DNA from: an uncultured Verrucomicrobiota bacterium
GTDB taxonomy: Bacteria > Verrucomicrobiota > Verrucomicrobiia > Opitutales > UBA9783
Direction of reading: 5' to 3'
Length of the DNA stretch: 64,000 nucleotides
Assembly: GCA_946646575.1 (NCBI GenBank)
Contig: CAMPCR010000001.1
Location: 14,815 to 78,814, forward strand
The position numbers and the translations under genes are program-made. How positions within the stretch are numbered: position 1 is the first letter of the stretch; each line of letters begins with the position of its first letter. This document shows, in pieces, positions 12,119 through 24,808 of the stretch. The notes under the pieces are model-generated. The model saw only the letters and a list, made by a program, of their open reading frames with translations. It did not search any database and was not told the origin of the DNA.

Positions 12119-15100
12119 CTAAAGCGCGCCTTCCGTCGAAGCAGCCGTTTCCTCGGAAGAGGCATCCGAAGTGTCCTCCGTTGACGACGTTTCGGCACTT
12201 CCCCACAACACGGCTCCTTCGGCAATCGCCCCGGCGGCCGCCTGTCCCGCCTCCGTTATACAAACCGTCAAATGTCGGTACTTCGGCATCCCGGTCCCGG
12301 CAGGGATCAAATTTCCCATGATAACGTTTTCCTTGAAGCCCTTCATGTTGTCCTGCTTTCCGACGGCGGCAGCTTCCGTTAAAATGCGCGTTGTTTCCTG
12401 GAAAGAGGCGGCGGAAATAAAGCTGTCCGTCTGCAACGACGCCTTGGTAATTCCCAGCAAAATCGGTTCCCACTCGGCAGGCTTCCCGCCCATCTCGACC
12501 ACGTTCCTGTTCGCTTCCGCAAAATTTTCGCGATCGACTTGTTCGTCGTGGAAAAATTCCGTATCGCCCGGATCCGTCACGCGAACTTTCCCGAACATCC
12601 GCGCCAAAATCACTTCCAGGTGCTTGTCGTTGATGGTCACCCCCTGCAAACGATACACCTTCTGAATTTCCGACAACAAATACTCCTGCGCCGCCGCTTC
12701 GCCCAATACGGCAAGCATTTCGTGCGGATCCGCCAATCCGTCGGTCAGGAACTGCCCTTTCCTGACGAAATCACCGTCCTGAACGATAATCTGCTTATCC
12801 TGCGCCACAAAATGCACATCCGCCGCTTCCGTTTCGGCATTGGTCACAACAAGCCGCTTCTTCCCGCGCACTGTTCCCGTCAACGAAACCACACCGTCGA
12901 TGCGCGCCATTTCCGCCGTTTTCTTCGGACAACGGGCTTCAAATAATTCGGTAATGCGCGGCAGACCGCCCACGATATCCTGCGTCTTGTTCGAAACGCG
13001 CGCCATCTTGGCGATCATCGTCCCGGGATACACCGCATCGCCCTCCTTAACCGCCAGCTGCGCCCCCGACGGAATCGGATAGGTCGCCAACAACGTTCCG
13101 CGCTTGTCGACGATTTCAACGGACGGATTCAAATCGTCCTGGTGCTCCATAATCATGCGCACATCGGAATCCTCGCCGGCGCGACAAAGGGTCACGCCCG
13201 CCATGATATCCTTGAAACGCACCTCGCCGCTCTTTTCCGACAAAATCGGGATTTTGGTTGCGTCCCACACCGCCAGAGAGGCACCCTTCTCAACGGCACC
13301 TCCGTCCGCAACCGCCATAACGGAACCCGGATGAATGCGGTACGATTCCAACTCCCGGTGATCCTCCGACAAAATTCGAAGCATACCCGTTTTGTTTAAC
13401 GCCACAATCGTCCCCTCTTGCGTCGTCACCGTCCTCAAACCGTCATACTTGACGATACCGGCATGTTGCGCGCGAAATTCCGGCGTTTTGAACGCCTGAC
13501 CCGCCACACCGCCCGAGTGGAACGTACGAAGCGTTAACTGCGTACCCGGCTCGCCGATGGACTGCGCCGCCAAAATTCCGACCGACGTTCCTTCCGCCAC
13601 CAGCGCGTGCGTCGCCGTATCCTCGCCGTACGCCTTCGCCGGAATCACGTTTTTAACCATATGGGTCAGCGGCGACAGAATTTTTACCGCATCAATCCCC
13701 AACGCCTCGACGCGCTTCGCCTGCGCCTCGGTAATCAAATCTCCCCGATGAATGACGCATTCGTTCGGATCGCTCGGATTAACGACATCTTCACAGGCGC
13801 AACGTCCGACAATACGCTCCGACAAAGCAACAATCTCATCATCACCGTCACGAATCGCCTGTTTCCAAACGCCCTTCGAATCATCCAGAGGCTCGTCGGT
13901 TTCTCCCGCGACGCAATCCATGGCAACGTCGCACAATTTTCGGGTCAAATACCCGGCATCCGCCGTTTTCAACGCCGTATCCGCCATACCCTTACGACCG
14001 CCGTGCGTCGACGTAAAGTACTCCAACACCTTCAATCCGTCGCGGAAGGAAGATAAAATCGGCTGTTCGATGATTTCGCCCGACGGTTTCGCCATCAAAC
14101 CGCGCATGCCGACCAACTGACGCACCTGCTGTTTATTTCCGCGTGCGCCCGAATCCATCATCATCCAAATCGGATTAGCCTCGCCGTCCTTCCCGCGTTG
14201 TGCCAACGTTTCAAACGAAGCATTCGCCACTTCTTCCGTCGCGTTCGTCCAAATCGAAATTACCTTGTTGTAACGTTCGCCGTCGGTGATAATACCGCGA
14301 CGGAATTGCGATTCGACTTCCTTGATTTTCTTCTCGCTCTTCTCGATAACGGCGGCTTTCTCATCCGAAACGACGATATCTCCCATTCCGACGGAAACAC
14401 CGCTTTGCGTCACTCTCGAAAAACCGAGAGATTTCAGCGCATCCAATAACTCGGCAAACGCCTCCGAAGAAATCAAATGATACGCCGCGTTAATAACGTC
14501 CGATAACTTGTCTTCTCCGACCGTTTCGTTGACAAAACCGATTTCCTTCGGGAAAACGGCATTAAAAAGAATACGCCCGATCGTAGTACGAAGGTACTTA
14601 TCCGACGAAACACCGAATTTCGTCTCCTTTTGATAATCGGGATTCGGCATATCCACCCAATCATCCGACGAAAGAATGCCCTCGCTTTCCATGCGCTCCG
14701 CTTCCAAGGCACCCGAAACAATCGGAACCTGACGGGTTTTCTCCGGCTGCGGTTTGGTCTCCGATGTCAACGCATAAACCCCTAAAACAATATCCTGCGA
14801 AGGAACCGTAATCGGCTTGCCGCTCGAAGGCGAAAACAAATTGTGCGTCGAAAGCATCAATAAGCGCGCTTCCATAATCGCTTCCGCGGATAACGGTACG
14901 TGTACCGCCATTTGGTCGCCGTCAAAGTCCGCGTTAAACGCCGCGCACACCAACGGATGCAGACGAATGGCACCGCCTTCGATGAGCACAGGGTCGAATG
15001 CCTGAATGGACAAACGGTGCAATGTCGGCGCACGATTCAGCAACACGGGATGTCCTTTAATCACTTCCTGCAATACATCCCATACTTCGGGCGTCTTGTT

Positions 15101-16315
15101 TTCGATCATCTTGCGCGCCGCACGTACCGTGTAGGCAAAACCCAACTCCCGCAATCGATGAATGATGAACGGTTCAAACAGCACCAACGCCATCTGTTTC
15201 GGCAGACCGCACTGGTAAATTTTCAATTCCGGTCCGACGATAATCACGGTACGACCGCTGTAATCGACGCGCTTACCGAGCAGATTTTGACGAAAACGCC
15301 CCTGCTTTCCCTTCAACGACTCGCTCAGGGACTTCAACGGACGACCGTTGGAACCGGCAACCGCGCGCGTTCCGCGGCAACCGTTATCAAACAACGCATC
15401 CACCGCCTCCTGCAACATGCGCTTTTCGTTGTGAATGATAATGTCCGGCGTTTTCAGTTGCAACAGACTGCGAAGACGATTGTTGCGGTTGATGACGCGA
15501 CGGTACAAATCGTTCAAATCGCTGGTGGCAAAACGCCCGCCGTCCAGCGGCACCAACGGACGCAAATCGGGCGGCGTCACCGGCAACACCTCCAACACCA
15601 TCCACTCGGGTCGGATTTTGTTGCGAATCATTCCGTTGATCAACTTGAGACGCTTGGACAATTTTTGCTTCAGACTTTTTGAAGTATCCGTCGCCATCCG
15701 CATCTGCATCTCCTCCGCCTCGTCCTCCAAACTCATGTCGCACAACAGCTCACGGATCGCCTCCGCGCCCATTTTCGCCGTGAACGCATCTTCGCCGAAC
15801 TCGGCTTGCGCCGATTGGTACTCGCTCTCGGTTAAAAGTTGCTTTTTCTCCAAAGGCGTACCGCCGGGATCCAGAACAAGATAACTCTCGTAGTAAATGA
15901 CACGCTCCAAATCGCGAACGGTCATATCCAAAAGCAGACTGAAACAGCTCGGAACGCTCTTTAAAAACCAAACGTGCGCCACGGGAACCGCCAATTCGAT
16001 GTGCCCCATCCACTCGCGACGCACGCGCGAAACAGTGACCTCCACACCGCAACGGTCGCACACCACCCCGCGATACTTGATGCGCTTGTACTTGCCGCAG
16101 GCACATTCGTAATCCGTCACCGGACCAAAAATCCGTTGACAGAACAAACCGTCCGGTTCCGGCTTCCAGGTGCGGTAATTGATGGTTTCGGGTGTTTTGA
16201 CTTCACCCTTCGACCATTGACGAATGGTTTCGGGAGAAGCAATCGAAATCCGAACCGAATCAAACGTCGGATCCGACTCGAACCCCAAAAGACCGTGAAT
16301 GTCTTCCCTAAACAT
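12119..16315 (-). CDS. rpoC: DNA-directed RNA polymerase subunit beta prime
   Basis: The ORF starts at TTG 16330. The ATG at 16315 lies 4 nt after the rpoB stop, with GCGGAG upstream. It has the zinc-binding CxC...CxxC region ([20 protein letters not shown]) and the catalytic NADFDGD motif. Confidence 0.97.
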   Translation of the reverse strand: MFREDIHGLLGFESDPTFDSVRISIASPETIRQWSKGEVKTPETINYRTWKPEPDGLFCQRIFGPVTDYECACGKYKRIKYRGVVCDRCGVEVTVSRVRREWMGHIELAVPVAHVWFLKSVPSCFSLLLDMTVRDLERVIYYESYLVLDPGGTPLEKKQLLTESEYQSAQAEFGEDAFTAKMGAEAIRELLCDMSLEDEAEEMQMRMATDTSKSLKQKLSKRLKLINGMIRNKIRPEWMVLEVLPVTPPDLRPLVPLDGGRFATSDLNDLYRRVINRNNRLRSLLQLKTPDIIIHNEKRMLQEAVDALFDNGCRGTRAVAGSNGRPLKSLSESLKGKQGRFRQNLLGKRVDYSGRTVIIVGPELKIYQCGLPKQMALVLFEPFIIHRLRELGFAYTVRAARKMIENKTPEVWDVLQEVIKGHPVLLNRAPTLHRLSIQAFDPVLIEGGAIRLHPLVCAAFNADFDGDQMAVHVPLSAEAIMEARLLMLSTHNLFSPSSGKPITVPSQDIVLGVYALTSETKPQPEKTRQVPIVSGALEAERMESEGILSSDDWVDMPNPDYQKETKFGVSSDKYLRTTIGRILFNAVFPKEIGFVNETVGEDKLSDVINAAYHLISSEAFAELLDALKSLGFSRVTQSGVSVGMGDIVVSDEKAAVIEKSEKKIKEVESQFRRGIITDGERYNKVISIWTNATEEVANASFETLAQRGKDGEANPIWMMMDSGARGNKQQVRQLVGMRGLMAKPSGEIIEQPILSSFRDGLKVLEYFTSTHGGRKGMADTALKTADAGYLTRKLCDVAMDCVAGETDEPLDDSKGVWKQAIRDGDDEIVALSERIVGRCACEDVVNPSDPNECVIHRGDLITEAQAKRVEALGIDAVKILSPLTHMVKNVIPAKAYGEDTATHALVAEGTSVGILAAQSIGEPGTQLTLRTFHSGGVAGQAFKTPEFRAQHAGIVKYDGLRTVTTQEGTIVALNKTGMLRILSEDHRELESYRIHPGSVMAVADGGAVEKGASLAVWDATKIPILSEKSGEVRFKDIMAGVTLCRAGEDSDVRMIMEHQDDLNPSVEIVDKRGTLLATYPIPSGAQLAVKEGDAVYPGTMIAKMARVSNKTQDIVGGLPRITELFEARCPKKTAEMARIDGVVSLTGTVRGKKRLVVTNAETEAADVHFVAQDKQIIVQDGDFVRKGQFLTDGLADPHEMLAVLGEAAAQEYLLSEIQKVYRLQGVTINDKHLEVILARMFGKVRVTDPGDTEFFHDEQVDRENFAEANRNVVEMGGKPAEWEPILLGITKASLQTDSFISAASFQETTRILTEAAAVGKQDNMKGFKENVIMGNLIPAGTGMPKYRHLTVCITEAGQAAAGAIAEGAVLWGSAETSSTEDTSDASSEETAASTEGAL

Positions 16316-16319
16316 AAAA

Positions 16320-19300
16320 TTACTCCGCAACCTCCGCTTCTTCCGTCATCAGGCGATCCGCATTGAGTTGCAAATCCAATCCCAATCCCTGAATTTCCTT
16401 CACCAACACCTTGAACGACTGCGGCACACCGGCTTGCAACGAATGGTACCCCTTCACAATGGATTCGTACATCTTGGTGCGCCCCTGGACGTCATCGGAT
16501 TTAACCGTTAACATTTCCTGCAACGTGTACGCCGCGCCGTACGATTCCAACGCCCACACTTCCATTTCACCGAAACGCTGTCCGCCGAACTGCGCCTTAC
16601 CGCCCAGCGGCTGTTGCGTAATCAGACTGTACGGACCGACCGCACGCGCGTGCACCTTGTCGTCCACCAGGTGATTGAGCTTCATCATGTAGGAACAGCC
16701 GACCGTCACTTTTCGCTTAAACGGTTCACCGGTGCATCCGTCGTAAAGCGTCACCTTTCCGTCCTCCGGCAAATGCGCCTTCTTTAAATACTCCCTGATG
16801 GTTGCATCGGAAGCACCGTCAAACACCGGCGTCGAAACCTTAATGCCGAGCAGTTTGCACGCCAAACCGAGGTGCGTCTCCAAAATTTGCCCGATGTTCA
16901 TGCGACTCGGCACGCCCAGAGGATTTAAAATCATATCCACCGGCGTCCCGTCTTCCAAAAACGGCATATCCTGAACGGGAACCACACGCGCCACAACGCC
17001 CTTGTTGCCGTGACGTCCCGCCATCTTATCGCCGACGCAAATTTTGCGCTTGACGGCAACCCAAACCTTCACGCTTTTCACGGTTCCCGCCGCTTCCGCA
17101 TCCAAATCCTCCAATTTCGTCCGATGCGATGCCTCCAACTCGTCAAACTGACGCACAAACGGTGTTATAATCTCAAAAACCCTCAACTTAATCGGCGACT
17201 GCTCCATTTGAACGTCGCTCGGATGAAACGCCAATTTACGCAACGCCGTTTTGGTGATTTTGCGATTTGCCTGAATGATAACCTCGCCCGTTTCACCGCC
17301 GGTAATGTTTAAGGGAATTTTTTCACCCAAAAGAACGTTCGACAACGCCTCCGTCAACGATTCCCGCAAACGCTCCTTGGCGACCCGATACTCTTCAATC
17401 AGCTTTTTCTCCAGACGACGGCGATCGCTTGCAACACCCGATGTTTCGTCCGCACCGCCCTGCATCGTCACGTGAACGTCCATCACGTATCCCTCGCAAC
17501 CGGACGGCGCAATTAGGGAAGAATTTTTCACGTCCGCCGCTTTTTCGCCAAAAATCGCGCGCAACAACTTTTCTTCGGGCGCCAGTTCCGTTTCGCTCTT
17601 CGGCGTAATCTTCCCGACCAAAATATCGCCCGGATGCACTTCGGAACCGATGCAGACAATTCCGTTACGATCCAAATGCTTTAAAGCCTCTTCGCCGACA
17701 TTCGGAATATCGCGCGTAATTTCCTCCATGCCCAGCTTCGTATCATTCGCAACGATTTCGTACTCTTCGATATGAATCGACGTATAAACATCTTCCGAAA
17801 CCATGCGCTCGCTCAAAATCACCGCATCTTCGAAATTATATCCCTTCCAGGAAAGGTACGCCACCAGAACATTGCGCCCCAATGCCGTTTCGCCGTGATC
17901 CGTCGCGCCGCCGTCCGCCAACACCTGCCCGGCTTTCACCGTATCCCCCGGTCGTACCGATGGTCGGGCATTGAAGCACGTCATCGCATTGGAACGCGCA
18001 AATTTACGTAACGGATAAACGTATAATCCGTTCTGCGGATCCGTCCGCAACGATTGATCCTTACGAACGTGCGGCAACGTACCGTCGGGCGTCACGACAA
18101 TCCGCGTACCGCTCACTTCCGCCACCTTCCCGTCCGCTTCCGCCACAACCGTAACACGGGAATCGCGCGCCGTCGTCTCTTCCAACCCCGTTCCGACAAA
18201 GGGCGCTTCGGGTCGCAACAGCGGCACCGCCTGACGCAACATGTTCGAACCCATCAACGCGCGACTGGCGTCGTCGTGCTCCAAAAACGGGATGAGAGCG
18301 GTTGCCGCCGAAATCACCTGTTTCGGCGAAACCTCCATGTACGTCACCTCTTCGGGTTTCACTTCGCACACATCGAAATTCTTGCGCGCCATCACGGTGC
18401 CTTCCAGACAACCCTTCGAATTGACCGCCGAATCCGCCTGCGCAACAACCTCCGTTTTCTCCTGTTCCGCCGTCAGATATTCGACTTCATCCGTCACAAC
18501 CTTGTTATGCACGCGTCGGTACGGCGTTTCGATGAGACCGAGCTCGTTGATGCGCGCGTAAGTCGTCAACGAATTGATCAAGCCGATGTTGGAACCTTCC
18601 GGCGTTTCGATGGGACAAATGCGACCGTAATGGGAAGTATGCACGTCGCGCACTTCCAAGCCCGCCCGTTCGCGATCCAAACCGCCGGCGCCCAACGCCG
18701 ACAAACGACGCTTGTGAGTAATTTCCGACAACGGATTGATTTGATCCGTCAGCTGTGACAGCGGGTTGCGCGCAAAAAAATCAACCACCGCTATCGTGAC
18801 GGCGCGCGAATCCACCAGATGCTTTAACGAAATACCCTCCGCCCGATCCAGCTGCGCCATACGTTCGCGGACAATACGTTCCATGCGCGCCAAACCCGAA
18901 CGGCATTGCGCCGCCACCAGTTCGCCCACCAAACGCACGCGACGATTGCCGAGAAAGTCGATATCGTCGACCGATCCCTGCCCCTTACGCAGGCGACACA
19001 GTTCGCGCACCGCCTCCGCAATATCGATCGGTTGAAGCAACGTCTTCAAAAGCGGAACGTCCAAACCGAGTTTTTCGTTCAGACGATAACGCCCCACGCG
19101 CGTCAAATCGTAACGTTTCGGATCGTAAAAGGAACGTTGAAAAAAGGCGCGCGCATCCTGCAGATTCACGGTTTCGCCGGGATGCAACAACCGATAAATA
19201 TCGCACAATCCGTCTTCCGTCGAAGACGCACCGTCTTTTCTCAAACAACGCACAATCGCACCGTCATCCGCGCTTGCGTCGACCACCGAAATCGTCTCGA

Positions 19301-20102
19301 TTTTCGACTGTTGAAACGCCTGCAGAGCGGTTTTGGTGATCGGTTCCAACGCGCGCCCCAATACCAAACCCTTCGCAACGTCAATCACATCTTCCGTCAG
19401 CACCCAATGCATCAGGTCGGTTTGCGACAACAGCGCCGAAACGCGCATTTTGGTCGGCTTGTAGAATAACTTTAAAATCGTCTCGTTCGTCCCGAAGCCG
19501 AAAGCGCGCAAAAAGGTCGTGATCAGAAACCGATACCGACGACGGCGACGATCCAGATAAACGTACAACAGATCGTTCGCATCAAACTGAACTTCCACCC
19601 AGACGCCGCGATCGGGAATAATGCGAAACGCATGCAACCGCTTCCCGGACGGATGCCACTCTTGGTCGAAACTGATGCCCGGCGAACGATGCAACTGACT
19701 CACCACCACACGCTCGGCACCGTTGACGACAAAAGAGGCGCGCTCCGTCATCAGCGGAAACTCGCCCAAATAAACTTCACCCTCCTGAACCTGCTTGTTG
19801 TCGCTCATCAGGCGCAACGTCAGATACAGAGACGTGCCGTACGTGGTGCCGTTTCGGATGCAATCGCAATAATCGCCCGCAACATCGCCCCATCGGTAGG
19901 AAACATACTCCAAGCGATACTTGTTATCGTAATCCTCAATCGGAAAAAAGTCTTGGAAGACCGCCTCCAAGCCGACCTTTTTGCGTTCCGACGGCGGAAC
20001 AAACTGCTGCAAAAACTCCTTGTAGGAATTCAACTGCAGACCCAGCAGATCCAAAGGCGGAATGATTTCTTTTAATTTTCCGAGATTGATACGATCGGAC
20101 AT
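16320..20102 (-). CDS. rpoB: DNA-directed RNA polymerase subunit beta
   Basis: The ORF begins at GTG 20114 and the first ATG is at 20102 (MSDRINLGK). Conserved segments include [14 protein letters not shown]-like and [21 protein letters not shown]. Confidence 0.97.
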   Translation of the reverse strand: MSDRINLGKLKEIIPPLDLLGLQLNSYKEFLQQFVPPSERKKVGLEAVFQDFFPIEDYDNKYRLEYVSYRWGDVAGDYCDCIRNGTTYGTSLYLTLRLMSDNKQVQEGEVYLGEFPLMTERASFVVNGAERVVVSQLHRSPGISFDQEWHPSGKRLHAFRIIPDRGVWVEVQFDANDLLYVYLDRRRRRYRFLITTFLRAFGFGTNETILKLFYKPTKMRVSALLSQTDLMHWVLTEDVIDVAKGLVLGRALEPITKTALQAFQQSKIETISVVDASADDGAIVRCLRKDGASSTEDGLCDIYRLLHPGETVNLQDARAFFQRSFYDPKRYDLTRVGRYRLNEKLGLDVPLLKTLLQPIDIAEAVRELCRLRKGQGSVDDIDFLGNRRVRLVGELVAAQCRSGLARMERIVRERMAQLDRAEGISLKHLVDSRAVTIAVVDFFARNPLSQLTDQINPLSEITHKRRLSALGAGGLDRERAGLEVRDVHTSHYGRICPIETPEGSNIGLINSLTTYARINELGLIETPYRRVHNKVVTDEVEYLTAEQEKTEVVAQADSAVNSKGCLEGTVMARKNFDVCEVKPEEVTYMEVSPKQVISAATALIPFLEHDDASRALMGSNMLRQAVPLLRPEAPFVGTGLEETTARDSRVTVVAEADGKVAEVSGTRIVVTPDGTLPHVRKDQSLRTDPQNGLYVYPLRKFARSNAMTCFNARPSVRPGDTVKAGQVLADGGATDHGETALGRNVLVAYLSWKGYNFEDAVILSERMVSEDVYTSIHIEEYEIVANDTKLGMEEITRDIPNVGEEALKHLDRNGIVCIGSEVHPGDILVGKITPKSETELAPEEKLLRAIFGEKAADVKNSSLIAPSGCEGYVMDVHVTMQGGADETSGVASDRRRLEKKLIEEYRVAKERLRESLTEALSNVLLGEKIPLNITGGETGEVIIQANRKITKTALRKLAFHPSDVQMEQSPIKLRVFEIITPFVRQFDELEASHRTKLEDLDAEAAGTVKSVKVWVAVKRKICVGDKMAGRHGNKGVVARVVPVQDMPFLEDGTPVDMILNPLGVPSRMNIGQILETHLGLACKLLGIKVSTPVFDGASDATIREYLKKAHLPEDGKVTLYDGCTGEPFKRKVTVGCSYMMKLNHLVDDKVHARAVGPYSLITQQPLGGKAQFGGQRFGEMEVWALESYGAAYTLQEMLTVKSDDVQGRTKMYESIVKGYHSLQAGVPQSFKVLVKEIQGLGLDLQLNADRLMTEEAEVAE

Positions 20103-20118
20103 AAATTCAGGCACTTAA

Positions 20119-20148
20119 ACAAGAAAGGTTCTTCCAATCCATTCTTGT
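20119..20148 (-). promoter_or_regulatory. hairpin in the rplL-rpoB spacer (possible attenuator)
   Basis: ACAAGAA (20119-20125) pairs with TTCTTGT (20142-20148), a 7-bp stem with a 16-nt loop in the 60-nt gap between rplL and rpoB. An attenuator is known at this position in E. coli. The structure here is weak. Confidence 0.3.
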
Positions 20149-20162
20149 CGAAGGTATATAAT

Positions 20163-20546
20163 TTACTTCAATTCGACTTTTGCGCCGGCGGCTTCCAGTT
20201 TGGCTTTGATTTCTTCCGCCTCTTTCTTTCCGATGCCTTCTTTTACCGGCTTCGGAGCACCTTCCACCAGTGCCTTCGCTTCCGCAAGCCCCAAGCCCGT
20301 AATCGCCTTCACCTCTTTGATGACATCGATCTTTTTGGCACCCATATCGGCGAGAATAACGTCAAACTCCGTCTTTTCTTCCGCCGCCGGTGTTGCCGCG
20401 CCGCCCGCCGGTGCCGCTGCAACCGCAACGGGAGCCGCCGCGCTGACGCCCCACTTTTCTTCCAGATCTTTAACAAGACCCGCAATCTCCAATACCGACT
20501 GGTTACTCAACCACTCGATGACCTCTTCTTTTTTGATTTCTCCCAT
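20163..20546 (-). CDS. rplL: 50S ribosomal protein L7/L12 (bL12)
   Basis: 127 aa. It has an Ala/Pro hinge ([20 protein letters not shown]) and the C-terminal domain [27 protein letters not shown]. Confidence 0.95.
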   Translation of the reverse strand: MGEIKKEEVIEWLSNQSVLEIAGLVKDLEEKWGVSAAAPVAVAAAPAGGAATPAAEEKTEFDVILADMGAKKIDVIKEVKAITGLGLAEAKALVEGAPKPVKEGIGKKEAEEIKAKLEAAGAKVELK

Positions 20547-20630
20547 GATTTCTCCCGAACAGATTAGTATTCGTTTTTTCAGACGAACCGTTTAAGGAGA
20601 ACCGTTCTCCCTAACCTGACCTGAAAATAA

Positions 20631-21137
20631 TTAGTTCCCGCTCTTCGCCTGCAATACATTCAACAATGCCTGCGGAACCCCCTGCAGGACGTACAGACAA
20701 CGACGATACGGCGTCAGCAGCAACGACAGGAATGTTGCCCGAAGCGTCGACAGATCCGGCAACTTCGAAAGCTCTTCCAACGCCGCCGTATCATACAACT
20801 GACCGTCCATCAAACCGCCTTTGGCGGGCAATTTTCCCTTATCTTTCGCAAATTGCACCAAAAGCTTCGCCACGCCGGTTGGATTATCACCGCCGAACAC
20901 GATACCCGTCTGTCCGTGCAACCACTGCGTAAAGGACGGCCATGACAATCCTTCGCCGACTTTTCGCAACAATGTATTTTGAACGACGTGGAACTGCGCC
21001 CCGTGCTCGCGCAACCCTTTGCGCAACTCGGAAATTTCATCCACCTTCACGCCGCCGAAGTCCACCAAATAAACGTACTCCGAACTCTTAACGCTGTCGG
21101 AAATCTCGTTTAACAAAAATGTTTTTTCAATTCTCAT
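20631..21137 (-). CDS. rplJ: 50S ribosomal protein L10 (uL10)
   Basis: 168 aa, placed between rplA and rplL. LRKGLREHGAQFHVVQNTLLRK is uL10-like. Confidence 0.93.
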   Translation of the reverse strand: MRIEKTFLLNEISDSVKSSEYVYLVDFGGVKVDEISELRKGLREHGAQFHVVQNTLLRKVGEGLSWPSFTQWLHGQTGIVFGGDNPTGVAKLLVQFAKDKGKLPAKGGLMDGQLYDTAALEELSKLPDLSTLRATFLSLLLTPYRRCLYVLQGVPQALLNVLQAKSGN

Positions 21138-21142
21138 CGCTC

Positions 21143-21835
21143 TTAAAATTTGGCAAACACCGAAGCATCCAACAATAAACCGGGACTCATGGTCGACGAA
21201 ATCGCACCGTTGAGCACAAACTTCCCGCGAAAAACCGACGGACGCGCCTGACGAATCGCCTCCAACGCCGCCGTTGCATTCGCCAACAGTTTTTCGAGAC
21301 CGAACGAACGCTTACCGATACCCAACTGCACGTTTGCCGCCTTGTCCATCTTAAATTCCACACGCCCCTTCTTTAACTCGGTAATGCATGCCGCCAAATC
21401 ATCGGTCACCGTCCCCGCTTTCGGACTCGGCATTAACCCCTTCGGGCCCAAAAGGCGCGCCAAAGTTTTAACGTCCTTCATGGCTTCCGTCGTTGAAACC
21501 GCCACATCAAAATCCAGCCAGCCGCCCTTGATTTTCTCCATCAAATCCGACAAACCCGCTTCGCATGCACCCGCCTTCAACGCCACCTGCGGATCCTTCG
21601 TAAAAGCAACCACGCGAACATCCTTGCCGTTTCCGTTCGGCAGCTGCACACGACCGCGCACCATCTGATCGCTCTGCTTCGGATCAACCGCCAGATGCAA
21701 CGCCAACTCAACCGTTTCATCGAATTTCGTCGCCGGCAACGAAAGCAACGTCGCAAAAGCACCCTTTAAATCATACCGCTTCCCGACTTCCGCCTTCTCC
21801 AACGCCGCGCGATACCGTTTCCCGTACTTCTTCAT
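21143..21835 (-). CDS. rplA: 50S ribosomal protein L1 (uL1)
   Basis: The ORF extends to 21883 across the rplK end. The ATG at 21835 (MKKYGKRYRAALEK) lies 4 nt after the rplK stop. FDETVELALHLAVDPKQSDQMVRG motif. Confidence 0.95.
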   Translation of the reverse strand: MKKYGKRYRAALEKAEVGKRYDLKGAFATLLSLPATKFDETVELALHLAVDPKQSDQMVRGRVQLPNGNGKDVRVVAFTKDPQVALKAGACEAGLSDLMEKIKGGWLDFDVAVSTTEAMKDVKTLARLLGPKGLMPSPKAGTVTDDLAACITELKKGRVEFKMDKAANVQLGIGKRSFGLEKLLANATAALEAIRQARPSVFRGKFVLNGAISSTMSPGLLLDASVFAKF

Positions 21836-21839
21836 ATCT

Positions 21840-22268
21840 TTACCCGACGACCTGAATTCCCATACTGCGAGCCGTTCCGGCAATCATGCGAGCCGCATGT
21901 TCCGCATCGTTCGCATTTAAATCCGCCATCTTCATGGTCGCAATCTCCTCCAACTGTTTGGCGGTCACCGTCCCGACTTTGTTCTTATTCGGCTCGCCCG
22001 AACCCTTCTGGATGCCCGCCGCTTTACACAAGAGCACCGAAGCAGGCGGTGTCTTTAAAATAAACGTGAACGATTTATCCGAATAAACCGTAATCACCAC
22101 CGGAATCACCAACCCGGCTTTATCCTGCGTACGCGCATTAAACTCCTTGCAGAAGTTCATGATATTCACGCCCTTCGCACCCAAAGCCGGTCCCACCGGC
22201 GGTGCCGGATTTGCCGCGCCCGCGGGCAACTGCAACCGAATTTCACCCGTTACTTTTTTCGATGCCAT
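21840..22268 (-). CDS. rplK: 50S ribosomal protein L11 (uL11)
   Basis: 142 aa. [34 protein letters not shown] is the uL11 signature. Confidence 0.96.
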   Translation of the reverse strand: MASKKVTGEIRLQLPAGAANPAPPVGPALGAKGVNIMNFCKEFNARTQDKAGLVIPVVITVYSDKSFTFILKTPPASVLLCKAAGIQKGSGEPNKNKVGTVTAKQLEEIATMKMADLNANDAEHAARMIAGTARSMGIQVVG

Positions 22269-22271
22269 CCT

Positions 22272-22844
22272 TTAATTCTCCTTCCGTACCTGCCAATACT
22301 CCAACTCAACCGGCGTGGAGCGACCGAAAATCGATACCGAAACGCGCAAACGCCCTTTCTCGGCATCCACTTCATCAATCACCGCCGAAGACCCGACAAA
22401 CGCTCCATCGGTCACTTTTACTTTTCCGCCGACTTCGTAATCCGCCTTTAAAACTTTCTTCCCCTGGTTCTCTTCCGCCTGCCCCAATAACGCCTCCGCC
22501 TCCGACGGCTTCATTGGAACCGGACGGTTATCGCCGCCCATAAAGCCCGTTACGCCCTGAATACGACGAACGAACGAAGCTGTATCCTGCAAAAATTCAC
22601 CGCCTTCGTCATAGAGCTTCATGCACAAAAAGACGTATCCCGGAAAATACTTGGAAACGCGACTTGTCTTTTTCCCGTTTTTCACCTCCAGAACGGTTTT
22701 CGTCGGAACCAGCACCTGCTTAACGCAATCCTTTAACGTACCCGCTTCGCATGCCTGATCAATAAAACGCTTCACCTTCAACTCCTGGTTCGTCAGCGTT
22801 CGCACCGCGTACCACTTAAAACCGTCTGTTTGCGTATCCGTCAT
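22272..22844 (-). CDS. nusG: transcription termination/antitermination factor NusG
   Basis: 190 aa. NGN domain (WYAVRTLTNQELKV, FPGYVF) and a C-terminal KOW motif (GGKVKVTDGAFVGSSAVIDEVD). secE-nusG-rplK synteny. Confidence 0.93.
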   Translation of the reverse strand: MTDTQTDGFKWYAVRTLTNQELKVKRFIDQACEAGTLKDCVKQVLVPTKTVLEVKNGKKTSRVSKYFPGYVFLCMKLYDEGGEFLQDTASFVRRIQGVTGFMGGDNRPVPMKPSEAEALLGQAEENQGKKVLKADYEVGGKVKVTDGAFVGSSAVIDEVDAEKGRLRVSVSIFGRSTPVELEYWQVRKEN

Positions 22845-22848
22845 TTTC

Positions 22849-23052
22849 CTAACGCCCCACGCAATGCATCAACAAATCCACCATGTGATACAGAGACATG
22901 TCGACGGCTCCCACAAAAACACCCAACAGAATAATTCCGACCAGAACCTTCACGGTGGATTGGCGCAACTCCCGCCAACCGGGCCAGGAAGCCTTTTTCA
23001 GCTCCCCGATCATTTCCAGACAAAACGCGCGCGCTTTTTTCAACCACTTCAT
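22849..23052 (-). CDS. secE: preprotein translocase subunit SecE
   Basis: 67 aa with one C-terminal TM helix (VLVGIILLGVFVGAVDMSLY), preceded by ELKKASWP. It lies between tRNA-Trp and nusG. Confidence 0.8.
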   Translation of the reverse strand: MKWLKKARAFCLEMIGELKKASWPGWRELRQSTVKVLVGIILLGVFVGAVDMSLYHMVDLLMHCVGR

Positions 23053-23063
23053 ACGACGAAACT

Positions 23064-23139
23064 TGGCAGGGGAAGAGGGACTCGAACCCCCAACCGACGG
23101 TTTTGGAGACCGCTACTCTACCAATTGCGCTATTCCCCT
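23064..23139 (-). tRNA. trnW: tRNA-Trp (anticodon CCA)
   Basis: Reverse complement AGGGGAATAGCGCAATTGGTAGAGTAGCGGTCTCCAAAACCGTCGGTTGGGGGTTCGAGTCCCTCTTCCCCTGCCA. It has a 7-bp acceptor stem, the anticodon loop CTCCAAA, a TTCGAGT T-loop and an encoded CCA. It is close to E. coli tRNA-Trp. Confidence 0.9.
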
Positions 23140-23187
23140 ACTAAGAAAAACATTCAAAAGAACTTCGCCTTTGTCAACAAAAATTTC

Positions 23188-24378
23188 TTATTTCAAAATT
23201 TCCGTGATACGACCGGCACCGATGGTACGACCGCCTTCGCGCATGGCGAAGCGTTGCCCTTTTTCCATCGCAATCGGTTTTCCGAGTTCAATCGTAATCC
23301 CGAGATTATCCCCCGGCATCACCATTTCAGTACCTTCCGGCAACTCGCAAACACCCGTGACATCGGCGGTTCCAAAGAAGAACTGTGGACGATAACCTTT
23401 AAAGAACGGCGTATGACGACCGCCTTCGTCCTTCGTTAAAACATAAATTTCGGCCCTTGCCTTCGTGTGCGGCGTAATCGAACCGGGCTTTGCCAGCACC
23501 TGACCGCGCTCCACATCCTTCTTTTCAATACCGCGCAACAAAACGCCAACATTATCGCCCGCCTGCCCCTGATCCAGCAACTTGCGGAACATTTCGACAC
23601 CGGTACAGACCGTCTTGCGGGTTTCGCCCAAACCGACAATCTCGACTTCGTCGTTCACCTTGATAACACCGCGCTCGATACGACCCGTCACCACGGTACC
23701 GCGACCCGTAATACTGAAAACATCCTCGATGGACATTAAGAAAGGCTTATCCAAATCATGCTTCGGCTCCGGAATATCCTTATCCAGCGCCTCCAACAGC
23801 TTCGAAACAGACTCTACCCATTCCGGCTTCCCTTCCAAAGCCCCCAAGGCCGAACCGCGGATAACGGTAATATCATCGCCGGGATATTCGTACTTCTTCA
23901 ACAGATCGCGAACTTCCACCTCGACCAAATCCAACATCTCGGCATCGTCGACCAAATCGACTTTATTAAGGAACACAACGATATTGGGAACACCGACCTG
24001 GCGCGCCAACAGAATGTGCTCGCGCGTTTGCGGCATCGGACCGTCGTAGGCACTGACCACCAAAATCGCGCCGTCCATTTGCGCGGCACCGGTAATCATG
24101 TTCTTAACAAAGTCCGCGTGTCCCGGACAATCTACGTGCGCATAGTGACGATTCGGCGTCTCGTATTCGACGTGCGAAACCGCAATCGTCACAATCTTCG
24201 ACGCATCGCGCACCGTACCGCCTTTCGCAATTTCCGCATAAGACTTTACCTGCGCCAAACCTTTGTCGGCCTGCACCTTCAGGAGCGCCGTCGTCAACGT
24301 TGTTTTACCGTGGTCCACGTGACCAATCGTTCCCACGTTCACGTGGGGCTTCGTTCGAGTGAATGTTTCCTTCGCCAT
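23188..24378 (-). CDS. tuf: elongation factor Tu
   Basis: ORF 23188-24459 runs into tRNA-Thr. The real start is the ATG at 24378 ([28 protein letters not shown]). 396 aa, with DCPGHADF and NKVD motifs. Confidence 0.97.
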   Translation of the reverse strand: MAKETFTRTKPHVNVGTIGHVDHGKTTLTTALLKVQADKGLAQVKSYAEIAKGGTVRDASKIVTIAVSHVEYETPNRHYAHVDCPGHADFVKNMITGAAQMDGAILVVSAYDGPMPQTREHILLARQVGVPNIVVFLNKVDLVDDAEMLDLVEVEVRDLLKKYEYPGDDITVIRGSALGALEGKPEWVESVSKLLEALDKDIPEPKHDLDKPFLMSIEDVFSITGRGTVVTGRIERGVIKVNDEVEIVGLGETRKTVCTGVEMFRKLLDQGQAGDNVGVLLRGIEKKDVERGQVLAKPGSITPHTKARAEIYVLTKDEGGRHTPFFKGYRPQFFFGTADVTGVCELPEGTEMVMPGDNLGITIELGKPIAMEKGQRFAMREGGRTIGAGRITEILK

Positions 24379-24414
24379 ATCAAAAATAAAGTTCCCGACG
24401 CACGCTTCCGACCA

Positions 24415-24490
24415 TGGAGCCCCCGAGCGGACTTGAACCGCCGACCTCGTCCTTACCAAGGACGCGCTCTGCCGACTGAGCTACAAGGGC
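24415..24490 (-). tRNA. trnT: tRNA-Thr (anticodon GGT)
   Basis: Reverse complement GCCCTTGTAGCTCAGTCGGCAGAGCGCGTCCTTGGTAAGGACGAGGTCGGCGGTTCAAGTCCGCTCGGGGGCTCCA. It folds as a cloverleaf with anticodon stem CGTCC/GGACG and loop TTGGTAA. It sits upstream of tuf, as in thrT-tufB arrangements. Confidence 0.9.
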
Positions 24491-24808
24491 ACGTTCCGCC
24501 GCTTTCGGCTTTCACAAAAGCTATGCTTCCTCCACTGTTGAGGCATTTAAAAAGACCGTCAAGCGTTTTTTTAAAGGGAACATTCACTTTTCTCGCATCC
24601 GCTTCCGTTTTAAAAATTCTTCGGGATTTATTTTTCCTCAAAAATACGCTCTATTCTTCCGACATTCCATGAACAACGGCTCTTAGCTAAAAGAAAATTC
24701 CGATTCCGCCTATGGCAGCACTCGAAACCTTGACATTTTCCGTAAAAGAAACACACTGAGCTCATAGACGGGGTAAAGGCAAAGATCTTCGCATTCTTCC
24801 TGTCGGGC

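Noticed and set aside
11932-12473. Minus-strand ORFs 11932-12225 (97 aa) and 11979-12473 (164 aa) around the rpoC 3' end and the S12 upstream spacer.
   Set aside because: They are out-of-frame overlaps with rpoC, rich in Arg/Gly/Cys. The rpoC frame is the conserved one, and the remainder is a promoter and leader region for rpsL.
24379-24459. 27-codon N-terminal extension of the tuf ORF ([27 protein letters not shown]).
   Set aside because: It overlaps tRNA-Thr (24415-24490). The canonical EF-Tu start MAKETF begins at 24378.
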